64,000 nucleotides of DNA from contig JASVEC010000019.1 in assembly GCA_030770535.1 (NCBI GenBank), positions 62,001 to 126,000 on the forward strand, given 5' to 3'. The position numbers and the translations under genes were made by a program. Within the stretch, counting starts at the first letter, position 1; each line of letters begins with the position of its first letter. The notes under the pieces were generated by a model. That model was not told the origin of the DNA. It searched no databases and was given only the letters and a program-made list of their open reading frames with translations. This DNA is from Batkoa obscura (taxonomy: Eukaryota). Positions 41,525 to 56,479 of this stretch are shown here, piece after piece.

Positions 41525-43949
41525 TTAAATCATTTGAGTTTTTTTGTATTGCTTTAACTCATCCAATTTATACTTATTAAATGCTTTGAGGTTTGCTAAT
41601 GTTTCGTTAGCGTGTTCTCTAAGCTCCCTTTTAGTCCTGCGGTCAATAGCCTTTGTCTAAAAAATAGATTAATTGTTAATATTTTTCATAAAAAAAGCTT
41701 ACTAATTTGCCCACACTGCCCACTACTTGTTGTAAGCAGTCCAAATACCCTCCTTTTACAAAATTGGGCAAATCGTAATCATAGCTCATATCCCCATAGA
41801 TATCAAACATTGCATTCAATGCTTCCAAGTAAATCTCCGCTTTACTTAAAGCTCTCTCTAATGGGAGCTCATTGGCTTGCTTAATAATTTCCATTAAACA
41901 GTTACCAATGACTTGATTATCATTGACATATCCTGGTCTCCTACATGCAATAGCACCAATGGTACCAATAGCTTTTGTTGCCATGCTCACCTTTTCCTCA
42001 CTCTCATCGGCTTTATTCACAATATTTAATAAAAATTGCAAATGATTAGCAGTGATCACTATATTCTCTAATTGGATCCATCGTGTTAAGGACCACAAGC
42101 AAGATAATCCCTGGTCAATGACATCTTGGTTGATATTTAATTCATCACTTTGTTCCATAAATGAATTGACTGTAGTAAACAGAAAATCCCATAATGTTTT
42201 AATCCCAGCTTCATACTTTTGATTTAAAAACAATTTTTCCTGTTTCGTCCCGCCCTCCGATATCATGGAGAATAGGTTATTCAATGCTGCTAAAGAGCGG
42301 CTATGAAGACCACCTAAAGATACTGTAATGGTTTCATATTGTTGTAGCTCTTTATTCCCAATACCGTTTTGGTTTGGTTGACTCAAGGTCCATGGGTGTG
42401 GGGTAGCTAACTCAATCAATTTTTCGACTACATTCTCAAAGATATAATTGATTGCTGGAGATATATCATTTGATTGGATTGTTTCTTTATCTTCATTTGA
42501 ATCGTTGTTTAGGATTTCATCTACAAGCTCTTCTTCTTCTTCTTCTTCTTCTTCCATCTCTTCCTCCATCTCCTCTTCAGCATTATAATTTTCACTCTTT
42601 TCTTCCGCTACTAAATTTGAGAGCACTTCCAAAATTAAATGATGATTGGTCACAAGTGTTTCTGCTTTAACAAGATGGGTTGATTTAATTTCAAAGTCTT
42701 TGATTGCTTCCTTGTTATTAACTTGCTGTTCTTCCTAAATATGCAAAAATGTTAATTTCATTCAATAAAAATTACATAATAACCTCTATTACTTCTTTCT
42801 TGGGTCCATTTTGTATAGCGTGATTAATACTTTGATTGATATTAGCTGAAGAGCTAAGTACGCTGCTGACAATTGGTAATAAAACAGTAAAGAAAGTGGG
42901 AGAAAACAATAAAAGAGAACTTAAACTTGGCTCCTTTGAAACTTTGCTTTCAATTGCTGGGGTAATAGAGGATCTGAAATTAACCAAAATACCTGAAATA
43001 ACTACCTTTAATAAACTTTTTGAAAACTCATTCTTATTCTCCGAATCCTCATTCTGTAAAATGTTTTCCAATACTTGCAAATTGGCTGGTATATTAACAA
43101 AAAAATTCTGAAATAAGGTTTGGTTATACTCCGAAAGAGTGAGAAGGCATCTAGCAGCATTAAGGACAAGATTTATGGGTAGCTTTTGGAAGGAACTTAA
43201 GAAGGCTAGCAAAAATTGAATCTCTTGTTTCTTGCTAACTTTTTCCAATAGCTTATCATTTGTTTCCCCCATACTCCATAAAATCACAATAATATTTTCA
43301 GCTATTGTAAATATAGCTTCTCTATTTGCTGCTTCTTTTTTGTTAGCTACTACCTCCCCTTTAACAATCTTATCCAACTCTACACTCACCTTTTCAATAA
43401 GTGTACCCATTGGCTTCCAAATATCCTTTTTGGCAATATCACAGACAATACCCTCGTCGTTCATAGTAGCTAAATTTCTAAACTAAATTAATTCATTATT
43501 AATTACTGTTTCTCAATAATCCCTACCTCAATGCCCCCAAAGCCTCAACAATAACCTCAATCTCAAAATTAGACAACAATTCGATAAGTCGTCCAACTAC
43601 ATTACAAGACAATAAGTTTTTCCTTGTAGCTTCATCATTGGAACATAAGACTGAGACTGTTGATGCAGCCCATGCTCGATCGCTGGCTTCTTTGCTTTGA
43701 AGCTAAAATTTAAAAAAAACGATTAAACATCTCAAGTCTGTTGACACTTATTAATCAACTTACCTTATTTATCAATGGCGAAACCTCTTGCTTATTCATT
43801 GTTGGAACCTCACCCTTAATGGCTGCTAAAGCTACAGACTTGATCATAGGATCTTGGCTACTTTCGAGCTCAGCAATGCTGCTTAAACCTAATGGATTGA
43901 TGACTGGTGGGCGATTACTTCCCTTTCCTTGTTTCTTGGATTTTCCCAT
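41525..43949 (-). CDS. SYO1: HEAT/ARM protein of the Syo1/HEATR3 family, multi-exon
   Basis: MGKSKK..NPLG N-terminus, ERAWAASTVS, EALGALRNL, acidic loop, EALNAMFDIYGDMSYDYD..FVKGGYL. Confidence 0.8.
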
Positions 43950-44347
43950 TCTTGTTTTTTGTAAAATAAAAAGAAACAATTGTTTTTTTATTGGTTTAAA
44001 ATTTTTTGATTTTTCAAAAATTAGATTCTCGAAATTTTGGTGGTGTGAAGTTCAAAAAATTACTTCAAAAATAGTAATGACTATTTTATAATAAAACATC
44101 TATAAAATTCAATAATAAATAACAGTTGAAATGTTATATTTAATAAAGTACTAATTTAAATAATCTTAGTTAAAATTTTATTTCATGATATAATCTAACC
44201 AAATAAAAGAAACTTTATTATCGAAAATCCATTCTTTAGCATATTCATAAATCTAAAACATCATTTCGGACTAATACAATAATAAAAGCATAGTACTAAA
44301 AATAACCTAAGTTCTACTCGAAATATAAACCTGGTTCAATCCCTATC

Positions 44348-45677
44348 TCATTCCTGTTTAATTGCCTCATTCTTACTAGCTACTGAAGTATCTTTATTCT
44401 TCATAAACTCCTGAGGCAATACTTTTCTGTTTTTAGGTACACTAGGTTTAGGTGCAGCGGTCATCGAACGCTTCATAAGCTCTTGTTGTTGTTCTTCGGT
44501 CAAATTCAAATTCTCTACTGATTTACGACGTTGGGAACGACGTGATGGATTAAATGTATTGCATTTTGGGCATGTATATTGTATGATATTATAATCGTTA
44601 GCCGATACCAGTCCATTGTGAGCAAAGCAGTTACTGCAGATTAAGGCAAATTTCGTAGCATCCATGTTCTTTTCTTCTTCACCAACAATAGCGTCCATTA
44701 GTTTACCAAACCATGGTTGTCCTCCTTCTACTTGAATATTTGGTGCCTGGGAGGTTCCTAAATCATTAATAAATGAGCATTTGGTATAAAAACAATCTTA
44801 CTTGGCTTTAGTGGGATACCAGCATTGATCTGTTTTTGGGAATTGTTTCCATTATTTTGGGGAACTCTTTGACGAAGAGTTTGTGATTGAGCTGTGAAAA
44901 ATTAGCCATGTTGGTAAATAAAAAACTTCAAATTACCTAAAGGTACTGATGCTTTTTTAGGGGCAGCTCTTTGGACTTGTGCCTTTTCCTTTAACTATTA
45001 ACTAATTTATAATAATATGAACATGATTATTACCCTATCTTCTTGTTCATAACGTTCGAGTATACTTTTGGTTTTATAATAAGATGAATTCTTTTTCAAC
45101 TCATCAATCTATAAAAAAAGATTACTAGCATTCTAAAAGTATTAACCTTGAACTTCTTACAGTTATCCTAAGCTTTGTTTTCAAAGCAGAGAGTTGGTCA
45201 GCTTAAAAAGTATAAGTAACAATTAAACCAAGCATGAATCATTTACTTTCTGAATTTAATCTTTTTTGATAATAAGCATTAGAGCTGTTATGATAAACGT
45301 AGGCCCTTTAAATTATTAAAATATTGAAATGAATGGAAACCCGAAAAAATCTTACAAAACCGGAAAAAAAATAAGAGGAGAAGCCTTAATCAGTGCAGAT
45401 TCCCAGTTATCAAACTTTGGAGACCTCAACAAAATGAAATACACAGCAGCATAAAATAAATAAGCTGATACTGTATAAAGATAAAAAGTGAAAGCTGAGC
45501 CTTTATTTAACTTTATTTCAGATATTGTTAACTCTTTCTGTTTAATTTTCTTTTCTATCTCTTCTAATTGCTTCTCATATTTCGCGTCATTGTTGGACTA
45601 GTGTATTAGTTTAGATTAGATAATAGCATTGATTATTGTTTCCTTACCGAGGTAAAGAGTGAAAATAGGCCTGCCAT
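44348..45677 (-). CDS. LNP1: Lunapark ER junction protein, multi-exon
   Basis: YEKQL coiled coil, two TM segments, ELKKNSSYYKTKSILERYE, WFGKLMDAIVG, ALICSNCFAHNG..YTCPKCNTFN zinc finger. Confidence 0.9.
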
Positions 45678-47392
45678 TTGGGATTAAAATACAATATCAA
45701 TAAAAAATGAAGCGCTTAAGATTAGTTTCTTTGTTTAAAAATTCAAATTCGTGGGGATTCTCTGATAAACTGTAAATCTTTTTATATTTTTTATAATTTC
45801 GTTTTTTTAAAATGGATTTTAATCATTTGATTTTATTGCATAAATACTGATAATTGATTGGCAGTTAAGATGAAGCTAATTCAAATTTCATTTCATTTTT
45901 AGCTAAGATTATTTTAAGTTAAGTTTTATATTGGTTCATAATGAAAAATAAATCTTAGAACATAATATAAACTTAAAATTGTTTAAGCTTTGAGCATATT
46001 TAAAGAATGTTTTTATCATATATTTATCTTACGTAAATTCTGAACTATTAATTTTTAATCTCCTTTGTATGTTGATATTTAGATATAAAATTAACTCATT
46101 ACAACATTAGTTTAAAACATTGTAAAGTATATATAGTAGCAATAACAAGGAATTTTATAATACTTTTTACCAAAATGGGTTGATGGAGTAACGATTTTTA
46201 ATAGAGTTTTTGTGCATAAGTGCAGTTTTATTCTTTTGTTTAAAAACTATTGCTTCTTATTGTGTACAGAGTTTGTCATCATTTATATAAAGTGTTATTA
46301 TATTGCAAGTAGTTTATAAACCTTTACATACAGCTTATTTTCTATTTAGAAAGTAACTCGTCACTATATTGAATTAAAAAAGTTTCTTTTCTAGAAGCTT
46401 TAATATTTAAAAATAAAACCCTGAGTGTTTAAATTGTTTGCTGAGAATCTAGTTCCTCCACTATATGCAAATAAATTAAAATTTTAAATTAATATAACCA
46501 TTTTTTGCATAAATGGCTTTTTGTGGCTCATCGAATGTAAGAAAACCTTGTAGCATCTTTGAATACATGTTATGTTTAAAATTTTGCCTAGAGTTATATT
46601 AAAAAGTTAATAATTTTAATCCCTTTATGCTGGGCGTTACTCACACAAAAGCAGTATGTCAATTTTATGTATAGTAAATCACACAAATATTTGCAACAAC
46701 TAATAAGTAAATAAGAATAAATTTTATAGTAACAAGTATTGCTACATTTGTATTAGTGAATTTTTATTTTTTAGTTTTTTTAGTTTTTTTAGTTTTTTAG
46801 CTTAATTTAAAGACTTCTGTTCCATCTTTTTATTGTACTTAAATATTCTTGCTTACTTTGACTGTCTAGCTTTATATAAGTAGTGTAGATATTTATTTAA
46901 TATGCATGATACTTGAGTTATTAACAAAAGTAAAAAAGAAGTAATCATATTTTAATTCTAATGATAAAAAGCTTTAAAATTAATGTATTAAATAGCTCTA
47001 AGTCAAAAAATTGCTTAAGCTTATTTAAAAGAAATCATAAAGTGGAATTTCTGTGTTTGATGATTTGTATACTTATTTTTTTAATAATAACATGTAATGT
47101 TTAAACAAATGCACTTTGATTTATTTAGTTATTCTGTTTGTACTATTGCATTTAGCATGTGCTATTAAATAATTCAAAGCCATTTTTGCTATAAAATTAT
47201 ATAAAGTCTAAAGTAACAATTTACCCATATCATCCCTAATTTACTCTCATTGCCAATAAATTTGCAATAATTGAATCATTGCCAAAAACTAGAAGAAAAA
47301 TTAATTGGCTAAAATAAATCCAATCCAAAATTGAGAACCTAGCTACTATCCATCGATTCCTACACTTCCTTTAGCCTTTTAATTCTTAAAAA

Positions 47393-48284
47393 ATGAATGA
47401 AGATAATTTGTTTAAACATTTTGATTTCCCAGCCAACCATGGGCAACAGGTAGTTCATATCGATCATAATTCTATACATCCTTTCACGATGCCCATGGTT
47501 CATCAATCCCATTTCCCAGACACTCTTGAGCTGACTCATAGAATAGCCCAAGAATTACACCAAAACGCACTTTCGACGTTTAGTCTAAGTCCTCACTTTA
47601 GTCATTTACCTTTAATGCAACCTCCTCAATTATCTGAAAAGTCAGGAATAAGTTTATCTCAACAACACCAAAGGTTGATAGCTCCCACGCCTCATCCGGC
47701 GATGGAAAGTTTTACTACCACACAGGTGCCAACCCAAAACCAACCTAAGCCAAAAAGGATAAGAAAGCCAAAAAAGAAAACAGAAACTATTAAAGTACCC
47801 AAAACAACGACTAAAACGATAGCTAAAGCATTATCAAAGTCTTCAGAGTCCAGTACCGGACCAGTAGATAGGGGATACACTAACTTGATGCCAAGTAATT
47901 TTAAAAACTTGCTCCCTTACCCTTACGAAGTAAAACCTCGTGCTTTACGCACTTCATTCCCAGAAATGGCTAAAGTGGAAAGGGGCGCAAGAAGCGTAGA
48001 TAATTGTGTGGATAAAGCGGCCAGAAAAGCGTTAAAGTTAAAACGGGCTGCCGAAAGGGAGGAGCTAAGAAACCAACTTAAAGCAATCCAAGAAAATAGA
48101 TATCGACCTGTATTCTATTATCAACCTGCTACCCAGGTGGTGTTTTCAGATCCTTCTGGTAAGCAAGATTTTTCTAAAGTTTGATTTTTTATTCACATTT
48201 TTTAAAGTAGAAGCAACTACCTTCAATGGTAGATTCAGAAAGATTGTGCCTAAGGATCCTAGTTTTGTCACTGACAATGTTTAA
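47393..48284 (+). CDS. Hypothetical Q/P/K-rich protein, 2 exons
   Basis: Long ORF; intron GTAAGC (48159)..TAG (48210) gives in-frame tail EATTFNGRFRKIVPKDPSFVTDNV*; basic NLS-like KPKRIRKPKKK. Confidence 0.65.
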
Positions 48285-49013
48285 TCGAGATCTGTTTTAA
48301 AAAAAGCTTCAGTATTATCTTTTCCATATTTTTTATTTAGTCCTAAAATCATTTCGTGTTGTTTTTCTAAGAGAATAACTTGAGTATTAATCTTTTTTTC
48401 AAATTAATAAATTTTAAGATAGAAAATTATGTATTGATTATTCTTCCCTTTATTCGATTAAAAGCCTTTTAAACGTTGGATAGTATATTTTGAAGCGATA
48501 TAACTGTACGTTAGTGATGGTATTTGTTGACAAAAAAATTCCAAGTGCTTTTCGAATTTCATAAGTGAGGTTCCAAGTTCCAGAATTATGGTTTCGATTT
48601 TAGTTAATTAATATGAATAAGACTGTTTTACTAAACGATTAGTTAATTCAGTACAACAATGAGCTAAATGTTATTTAAACTATTTTAAGTAGAGGTGATT
48701 TTAAATAAATTAGATTGTACAAGGGTTCACTTTAACATAAAATAGTTGTGTTAACGATTATAACGATTTGAAGCTGATCACCATATTAAAAGAAATCAAA
48801 TCATATTTAATTTAAAAGGAGAATATTTTTGATTAAAATCTAAACTAGCATTTTGAATGTCGCGACATGAATTCTATAGTATAACCATTCATTATTTCAA
48901 ACAGTAACTAATATTATACTTGATTTGTTCAAACAGCGTTACTTTAAAATATATAAGTAAACAAATATGGCTAATCTATATAATTTTAATCTAATTAAAC
49001 AAACACTATGTAA

Positions 49014-50299
<1,286 letters not shown>

Positions 50300-51162
50300 G
50301 ATATAGTTTAATCAAAATTATATTTATGGACAAAGGGATCGAGTTTAATGCTTTTTATTTAACATTTAGAGAATAGTATAAGATTTTGTGAAAATCCTTG
50401 CACAATTTGACTTGTAATTTTCGCACCACTTTTAAATGTCTGATGACTAAAGTATTGTTGCTAACTTCATTTTAATAATTTAAAAAATAAAAACGTTTTT
50501 TAATTTAAGCCATTTTTACTCAACATTCAATTGAAGAATAAATTGTATTAAACAATGGCTCTTTATTTGTATAACTAAATGCTATATCAACCAGTTTAGT
50601 GTCTTACTTATTATTTAATATAAAAGCTGCAGATTTTCTTAGACTGTGAATTATCGGAATATTGTCTTGCTCAATCACTGAAGTGGCTAAGATTATAATT
50701 TACAACTTGAATATTTGCAAATAACTTTGGAAAATCAAAAATAGGTTGAACTCAAAAGTCAGAATTAGCAAGTAAAACTTTAGTAATAGAGCTACAACTC
50801 GGATTTTGTTCTGATACCGTTTGATTATTTGCCTTGTTACAATTACTCATAATCCTATCTAAATTAAGTTTTATTTTATTACATCACATAATATATAATT
50901 CTGATACTTTGAGGTTTAACTTAGGTAAAATAGCAACTAAACAATACTCAAATAATTCGTTATAATATAGACTTAGTTTTGTTAAATACTTCATGTTTTT
51001 TCGGGTTCATCAGATTGAAATTACTTGATTTTTTGTGCTTAAACTTTGGATTTTATTGCTTTTAAGCTGTTCTAGTATATTTAATAATAAATTAGTATTT
51101 GCATTCCTTCGATTACTAATTTCATACCTTGAGTTTTCTTCAAATCTCTAACATATTTCATT

Positions 51163-51268
51163 ATATGAGGATATGCTTTTTTGTTTAAGAATTTTACCAC
51201 AATCTTTCCACTGAAATAGCGCTCAAAAAATGGAAAAATAATGAAACCAAAAAAAAACAGCCCCATAT
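51163..51268 (-). mobile_element. MITE-like element, copy 13
   Basis: ATAT-GAGGATATG..AACAGCCCC-ATAT. Confidence 0.88.
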
Positions 51269-51837
51269 CAACTGTGTTGTCCAAATTTAACCATAACTTG
51301 GGCTATTCAAATGAAACAAAATTATGAGTATTTAAAAATAAATAGGCTGTTCTATAATTATTGATATTAAGATAGAATACAGTTAACTAAAGGAATCTTT
51401 TTATTTCACTCATATCAGTTAAATCTAGTATCCCTATATCTATTTTAGCCATCCTTAATCTTACTTCTATTTAAATCTTGACCTAGATTCTTTAACACTA
51501 AAATTTCAGTTTCTACTTTAAATGGTTCTAATTTTGCAATAATTAGCTTTCAATTATTAAGTTGCTTCTATCCAGATTAACAAAAATATGTCATAATTTT
51601 TGTTTCCGAACATAACTTCTAATTTTCTAATATACCTTTATTAAACTATTTTAACTATTGAGTTTTCAAATGGTGTCGAAATTTGTTTATTATAGTTGAA
51701 TAACCCATGGTTTGTAGACACCTCTTTTATATACTTATATAAATCTAAATACCAAGTTTATCTGTGCTGTAAGTATATGATACTTGGTATCATCACCACG
51801 CTTTTGAGAAAATTGTAATTGCAACTGTGATTATTAA

Positions 51838-51944
51838 TAATGGAGATGTATTTTTGTATTTAAGGATTTTATTAACAATTTTCCCATCCAAGTAGTGATC
51901 AAAAGATGGAAAAAGTAATAGAGCCAAAAAAAACATCCCCAATG
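51838..51944 (-). mobile_element. MITE-like element, copy 14
   Basis: GGAGATGTATTTTT..AAACATCCCC. Confidence 0.8.
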
Positions 51945-52055
51945 TTCCTTCACGAGAGTGTCGAAATGTTATTCAATCGCTTCCACTGTAACATTGTAAA
52001 ATCTTTTGCTTAAAACAATAAATTAAATAAAGCTTCTGGTTTATTGTATTTGGAG

Positions 52056-52159
52056 ATTTAGGGTGTTTTTTTCGGTTTCCTCACTTTTTCCATTTAAAGC
52101 GCTATTTGAGTGGAAAAGTTGCTAGTAAAATCCTTGAATAAAAAAATACACCCTCATTT
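52056..52159 (+). mobile_element. MITE-like element, copy 15 (ATTT direct flanks)
   Basis: ATTT-AGGGTGTTTT..ATACACCCTC-ATTT. Confidence 0.85.
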
Positions 52160-52221
52160 TAGTTAGTATGACATCTGGTAGTTTAATTAACATTTTGTAA
52201 AAGTTTAGATTAAATCTTACT

Positions 52222-52322
52222 AAATGGAGGTTGTTGTTTTTTGGCTTTATCGTTTTTTTCATCTTTTAAGCGCTATTTGAGTGAAAAAATTCTTAGTGAA
52301 ATCCTTAAAATATATCCCAAAC
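52222..52322 (+). mobile_element. MITE-like element, copy 16 (small deletion near right end)
   Basis: AAAT-GGAGGTTG..AAGCGCTATTTGAGTG..TATATCCC. Confidence 0.75.
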
Positions 52323-52841
52323 TAATTTTGACTTTATCCCTGTTTTTTTGGGCAAGGCTTAGTTTATCAACCTTGAACCTTTTGCTATCTGAAAGTTTAA
52401 ATCTTTAAAAGATTAAAAGGGTTCAAACAATTTTAATAAAATGGTCTCCCATTTTAAAAATAAGCATTTCAAAAGCTTTGAAAAGGACAACAGTAATAAA
52501 TAGGAGCGAATAAAAAAATAAAACTAAATAGAACCAGGTAGAACCAAGTAGAATCGTTCTGAGCTCCAAATTTTAAACTCATTATTCTAAGCCAATTAAG
52601 CTTTTCGATTCTCGGCTCAAGGCTCCTCTTCTTTAATAAATTACCTGCTTATCCTTACCTAAAAATAGCATCAATTTCAAATCTTTTAGTATTTTCCGAC
52701 AAAAAATAATTGGGTTTTGGGGTAAAAGATGAGTCATGATTGCAGATGATGAAATCTATTATCCCTGAATTATAATTAAAAATCGTCAATATATAACTGG
52801 AATATTAACAAAAGCAAATTTATCTTTTTTCAAAATTTAGA

Positions 52842-54798
52842 ATGTATATTTTAAAAAGTAGTAGTAAAATAATCGAGTTAAAAGGTATATACTAGAACTT
52901 TTTAGTTTATTGTGATTTATTTTTATTACTATAGGGAGCTATTTCAGAACCTTCTCTTCGACTTCCTATGTAAGATATACTAAAGGTAAATTTTGACTAC
53001 TATAATTTATTACAATAGTAATTTTTTTAATAGAAAGGGTCATGATACTTGGTAATTAGAACTCATAAAAAATCAATAATAATAATAACGATTTATTTTT
53101 TATCTATTAAAAAGGTTCAGGCTGGGGAGGTAACTGAATTATCAGTCAATAGCTAAATCAAACACTAACTCATCTTCAGGATTTAAGTTAGCAAAAGATT
53201 TAGACAATAGGAAATATGATGTTACTCTGATTTCACCAAGAAATTACTTCCTATTTACACCACTATTGGCAAGTACTTCAGTGGGTACTTTGGAGTTTCG
53301 TACCATTACTGAAACGATACGTAAGCATAATCCAAAGGTCCATTATATTGAAGGAAGTTGTCAAGAGATTAAGTTTGAGGATAAAAAGTTAAAGATTGCT
53401 CCCAATTTTGATAACAACCAATCGTTTGATATTGGTTATGACCATCTTGTTGTGGCTGTAGGTGCCATTTCTAATACGTTTGGTATTAAAGGAGTTGGAG
53501 AACACGCTCATTTTTTAAAAGATATTGCAAATGCTAGAAGTATTCGTAGAAAGGTTATGGATTGTAAGTGGTATTGCATTGTTTAGTTTTGGCTTAATTT
53601 CGTTTTTTAGGTTTTGAAAAGGCAATTTTACCAACTTCCAATGAAGAAGATAAGCAAAGATTATTGAATTTCGCTGGTAATTGAATTTCATCATACTACT
53701 TACTATTTAAATTTGACCCTTTTGTATCATAGTTGTAGGCGGAGGACCAACAGTAATTACCAGAGATTATTTGCTTTAATGTATATTAATTAATTTATAA
53801 AGGGAGTCGAATTTTCGGCTGAATTACACGATCTATTAAAAGAAGACATGGCAAGATTATATCCCACTCTTATGCCATTTGTTAAAATGACACTTTATGA
53901 CGTCGCACCAAATATTTTATCTTCATTTGACTCCAAGTTATCCACTTTTGCTACTAAATTGATGAATCGCGAAGGTATCAAAATTAAAACGGGTAAAGAT
54001 TATTACAACTTTATATGAGAGTATAAAATTTAATTTCTTTTCTAAGGTACTTCAATTACAGAAATTAAATCAGACTCTATAATATTAAAGGATGGAGAAG
54101 AAAGTGATTACTTTTATTTTATTTCTAGAATAAAAACTAACTATAAATATAGTCCCTGTTGGTATGGTAGTTTGGGCTACTGGTGTAACTGAAACCCCAT
54201 TAATAAAAAGTTTGAAAGAGAGTATAGCTACTGACGGATGGCGGTTATCAACAGATGATCAACTACGATTGCTAAGTAAAAAAACAAACCAAGTGTTAGA
54301 TGATAAAGTGTAAGATCTATAAAAATATTATTTCAAAATAAAACTAATCCACCTACCAAAAACTAGTTATGGCATTGGAGATTGCGCAACAATTCAAGGC
54401 AATCCCTTGGCCTGCACAGCTCAAGTAGCGGAACAACAAGCCACTTATTTGATACAAAAATTCAATGATCCCAAATTTTACGAACGTCCATTATCTACAA
54501 AATTAAACAAGCCATTTAAATTTAACAATAAGGGAATTATGGCTTATTTAGGAAATTGGCAAGCAATTGTTGAACTATCAGACCCTTTAAATGAATCTGG
54601 TAAAGGAAAAATTAAACAATCGGGCTATGTTGCTTGGTTCCTATGGCGTTCTGCTTACATGACCAAATCTGTTTCTTGGAGAAATAAGCTGTTGATCCCA
54701 GTATATTGGTAACTTTCATTTTTTATGTGTTGGCTTTGTTTATTGAGTTTTATAGGTTTATGACTTGGGCTTTTGGTAGAGATGTTAGTCGATTTTAG
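52842..54798 (+). CDS. Type II (alternative) NADH dehydrogenase, Nde/Ndi family, about 11 exons
   Basis: Spliced RVMILGSGWGG, ISPRNYFLFTPLLAS, YDHLVVAVGA, VVGGGPTGVEFSAEL, TAQVAEQQ, LWRSAY, FGRDVSRF. Confidence 0.92.
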
Positions 54799-54942
54799 AT
54801 GAAGTTTATTGAGCTAAATTCAATATTAAAATGTAGATTAAAAACTATTGATATTTTACATTACTTTTATCATTTCATCAAATTTACTTATGTAGAATAG
54901 AACAAACTAGAGTGGATCTTAAGTAACAACTTACAAATAGAA

Positions 54943-55049
54943 ATATGGGGATATGTTTTTTCGTTTAAGAATTTTGCTAGTAAGTTTTCCCACTTAAATA
55001 GCGCTTAAAAACTGGAAAAAGTAATGAAGTCAAAAAAACACTCACATAT
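54943..55049 (-). mobile_element. MITE-like element, copy 17, at the 3' end of the Kelch pseudogene
   Basis: ATAT-GGGGATATG..AACACTCAC-ATAT; supplies the last codons and stop of ORF 55005-55502. Confidence 0.88.
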
Positions 55050-56479
55050 ATTATTATTAGTTTTATTGATATTTTGTTTCTTCTTACTCTTACAATAAAA
55101 TAAACCATAAATAATTATAAAAAATAAAACTATGAAAACTAAATTACCAATAACCACATTCATTTTTGAGTTGCCTGTTGAATTTGATACTTTTCTATAA
55201 TTACTATCCTTATGACTCATAGCTTCATCTGATGTATATAGTTGATCGAAATCTTCATTCTCCTTTTTTGATGCTGGTCCAATTGTGTTACTTAATTTGA
55301 TTGTTTCCTTCTCTAGGTCAAGTGTTTTTAAATCAATTGCAATGATATCATATTGACTATCGCTGTTATTGATATCTCCATAAAAGAACACAACTTTATC
55401 ATTGATTAGCTCGCTTGAATGCCATGCTCTACCAATGTCAAATATCACGTTATCAAAGTCAATAATGTCGATTTTTGTCCATTGCCAATTAGTCAAGTTC
55501 AATAGCTGAATATCGCTATATAAAGTAGTATAATCATTTACTTTATCTGTACCTCCATAAACCAGTATACAATTTAGATCATATAAATGAGTAGCTGAAT
55601 GTCCTATTCTTATTCTATCATTGTAATTCTTTGTTTCTATTTTCTCAATTAATTTTGTATCAATATTATATAAGTAAGTTATTCAGGTTTGATACTATTG
55701 ATTCTTTGCCATGCCTTTGAGCTTGGGATCTGTGCTTGTTATCAGATATTATGTAAGAAGAATCATCATAAGATAAACTGCCAATCATAGCCATAGTAGC
55801 AGACTTAATTATATTATCTGTATAAAAAGTATTAGCAGGTAAATCACTATCCAAGATATAAACACTAAATAGCATATAAGGGCTGTGATATTGAAAACGG
55901 TGATTTTATTGCTTAATACAGAAAAGATTGTATTCATACCCAAAAACCAACTACCACAAACATACAGTTTATTGTTTGTGCTTATTATTGATCTACCGCT
56001 AAAAGTTTTTCAGAAAATGGGAGCATGAGTTTTTTTGTGACTCACCTTTTATGCTTTAAATTGACAATGTATAACCTTGAATACCGGAACTTGTCGTTCT
56101 CAATCTTATTATTGAATTGAAGTTTATATAATCTTGTTACAATATTTGGGCTAATATTATATATATAAATGTATACCAAGCTTGCTATTTATGACATTTC
56201 TTTAAGTTTAAATTTGAAAAAAATTGTTTCAAGTTGGTAGCTGAAGTCAAATTAATTAAAAGATGACTATTTCTTGAACTTTCCTTTTCGTTTGGTTCTT
56301 CCTCAATGTTAAGCTCTTTTCTTTTTATTGTGTTGTAAACCACTAACATTTGATAATATAATACAGTACTACTACGTTTTATAAATTCCTTGTTTTTTTA
56401 TGGTTTTCTCAAAGTCACTTTTTGTTACACTAGTTAATAATAATAATAATTTTGCTCCCAATAAATATCCATTATACAT
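55005..56479 (-). pseudogene. Frameshifted paralog of the Kelch-TM gene, head-to-head with it
   Basis: ATG at 56479 (MYNGYLLGAKLLLLLTSV), SHLLINLTS, FSGRSI..LYVCGSW and MIGSLSY align with the intact gene but shift frame (e.g. near 55675); has its own TM segment. Confidence 0.8.
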
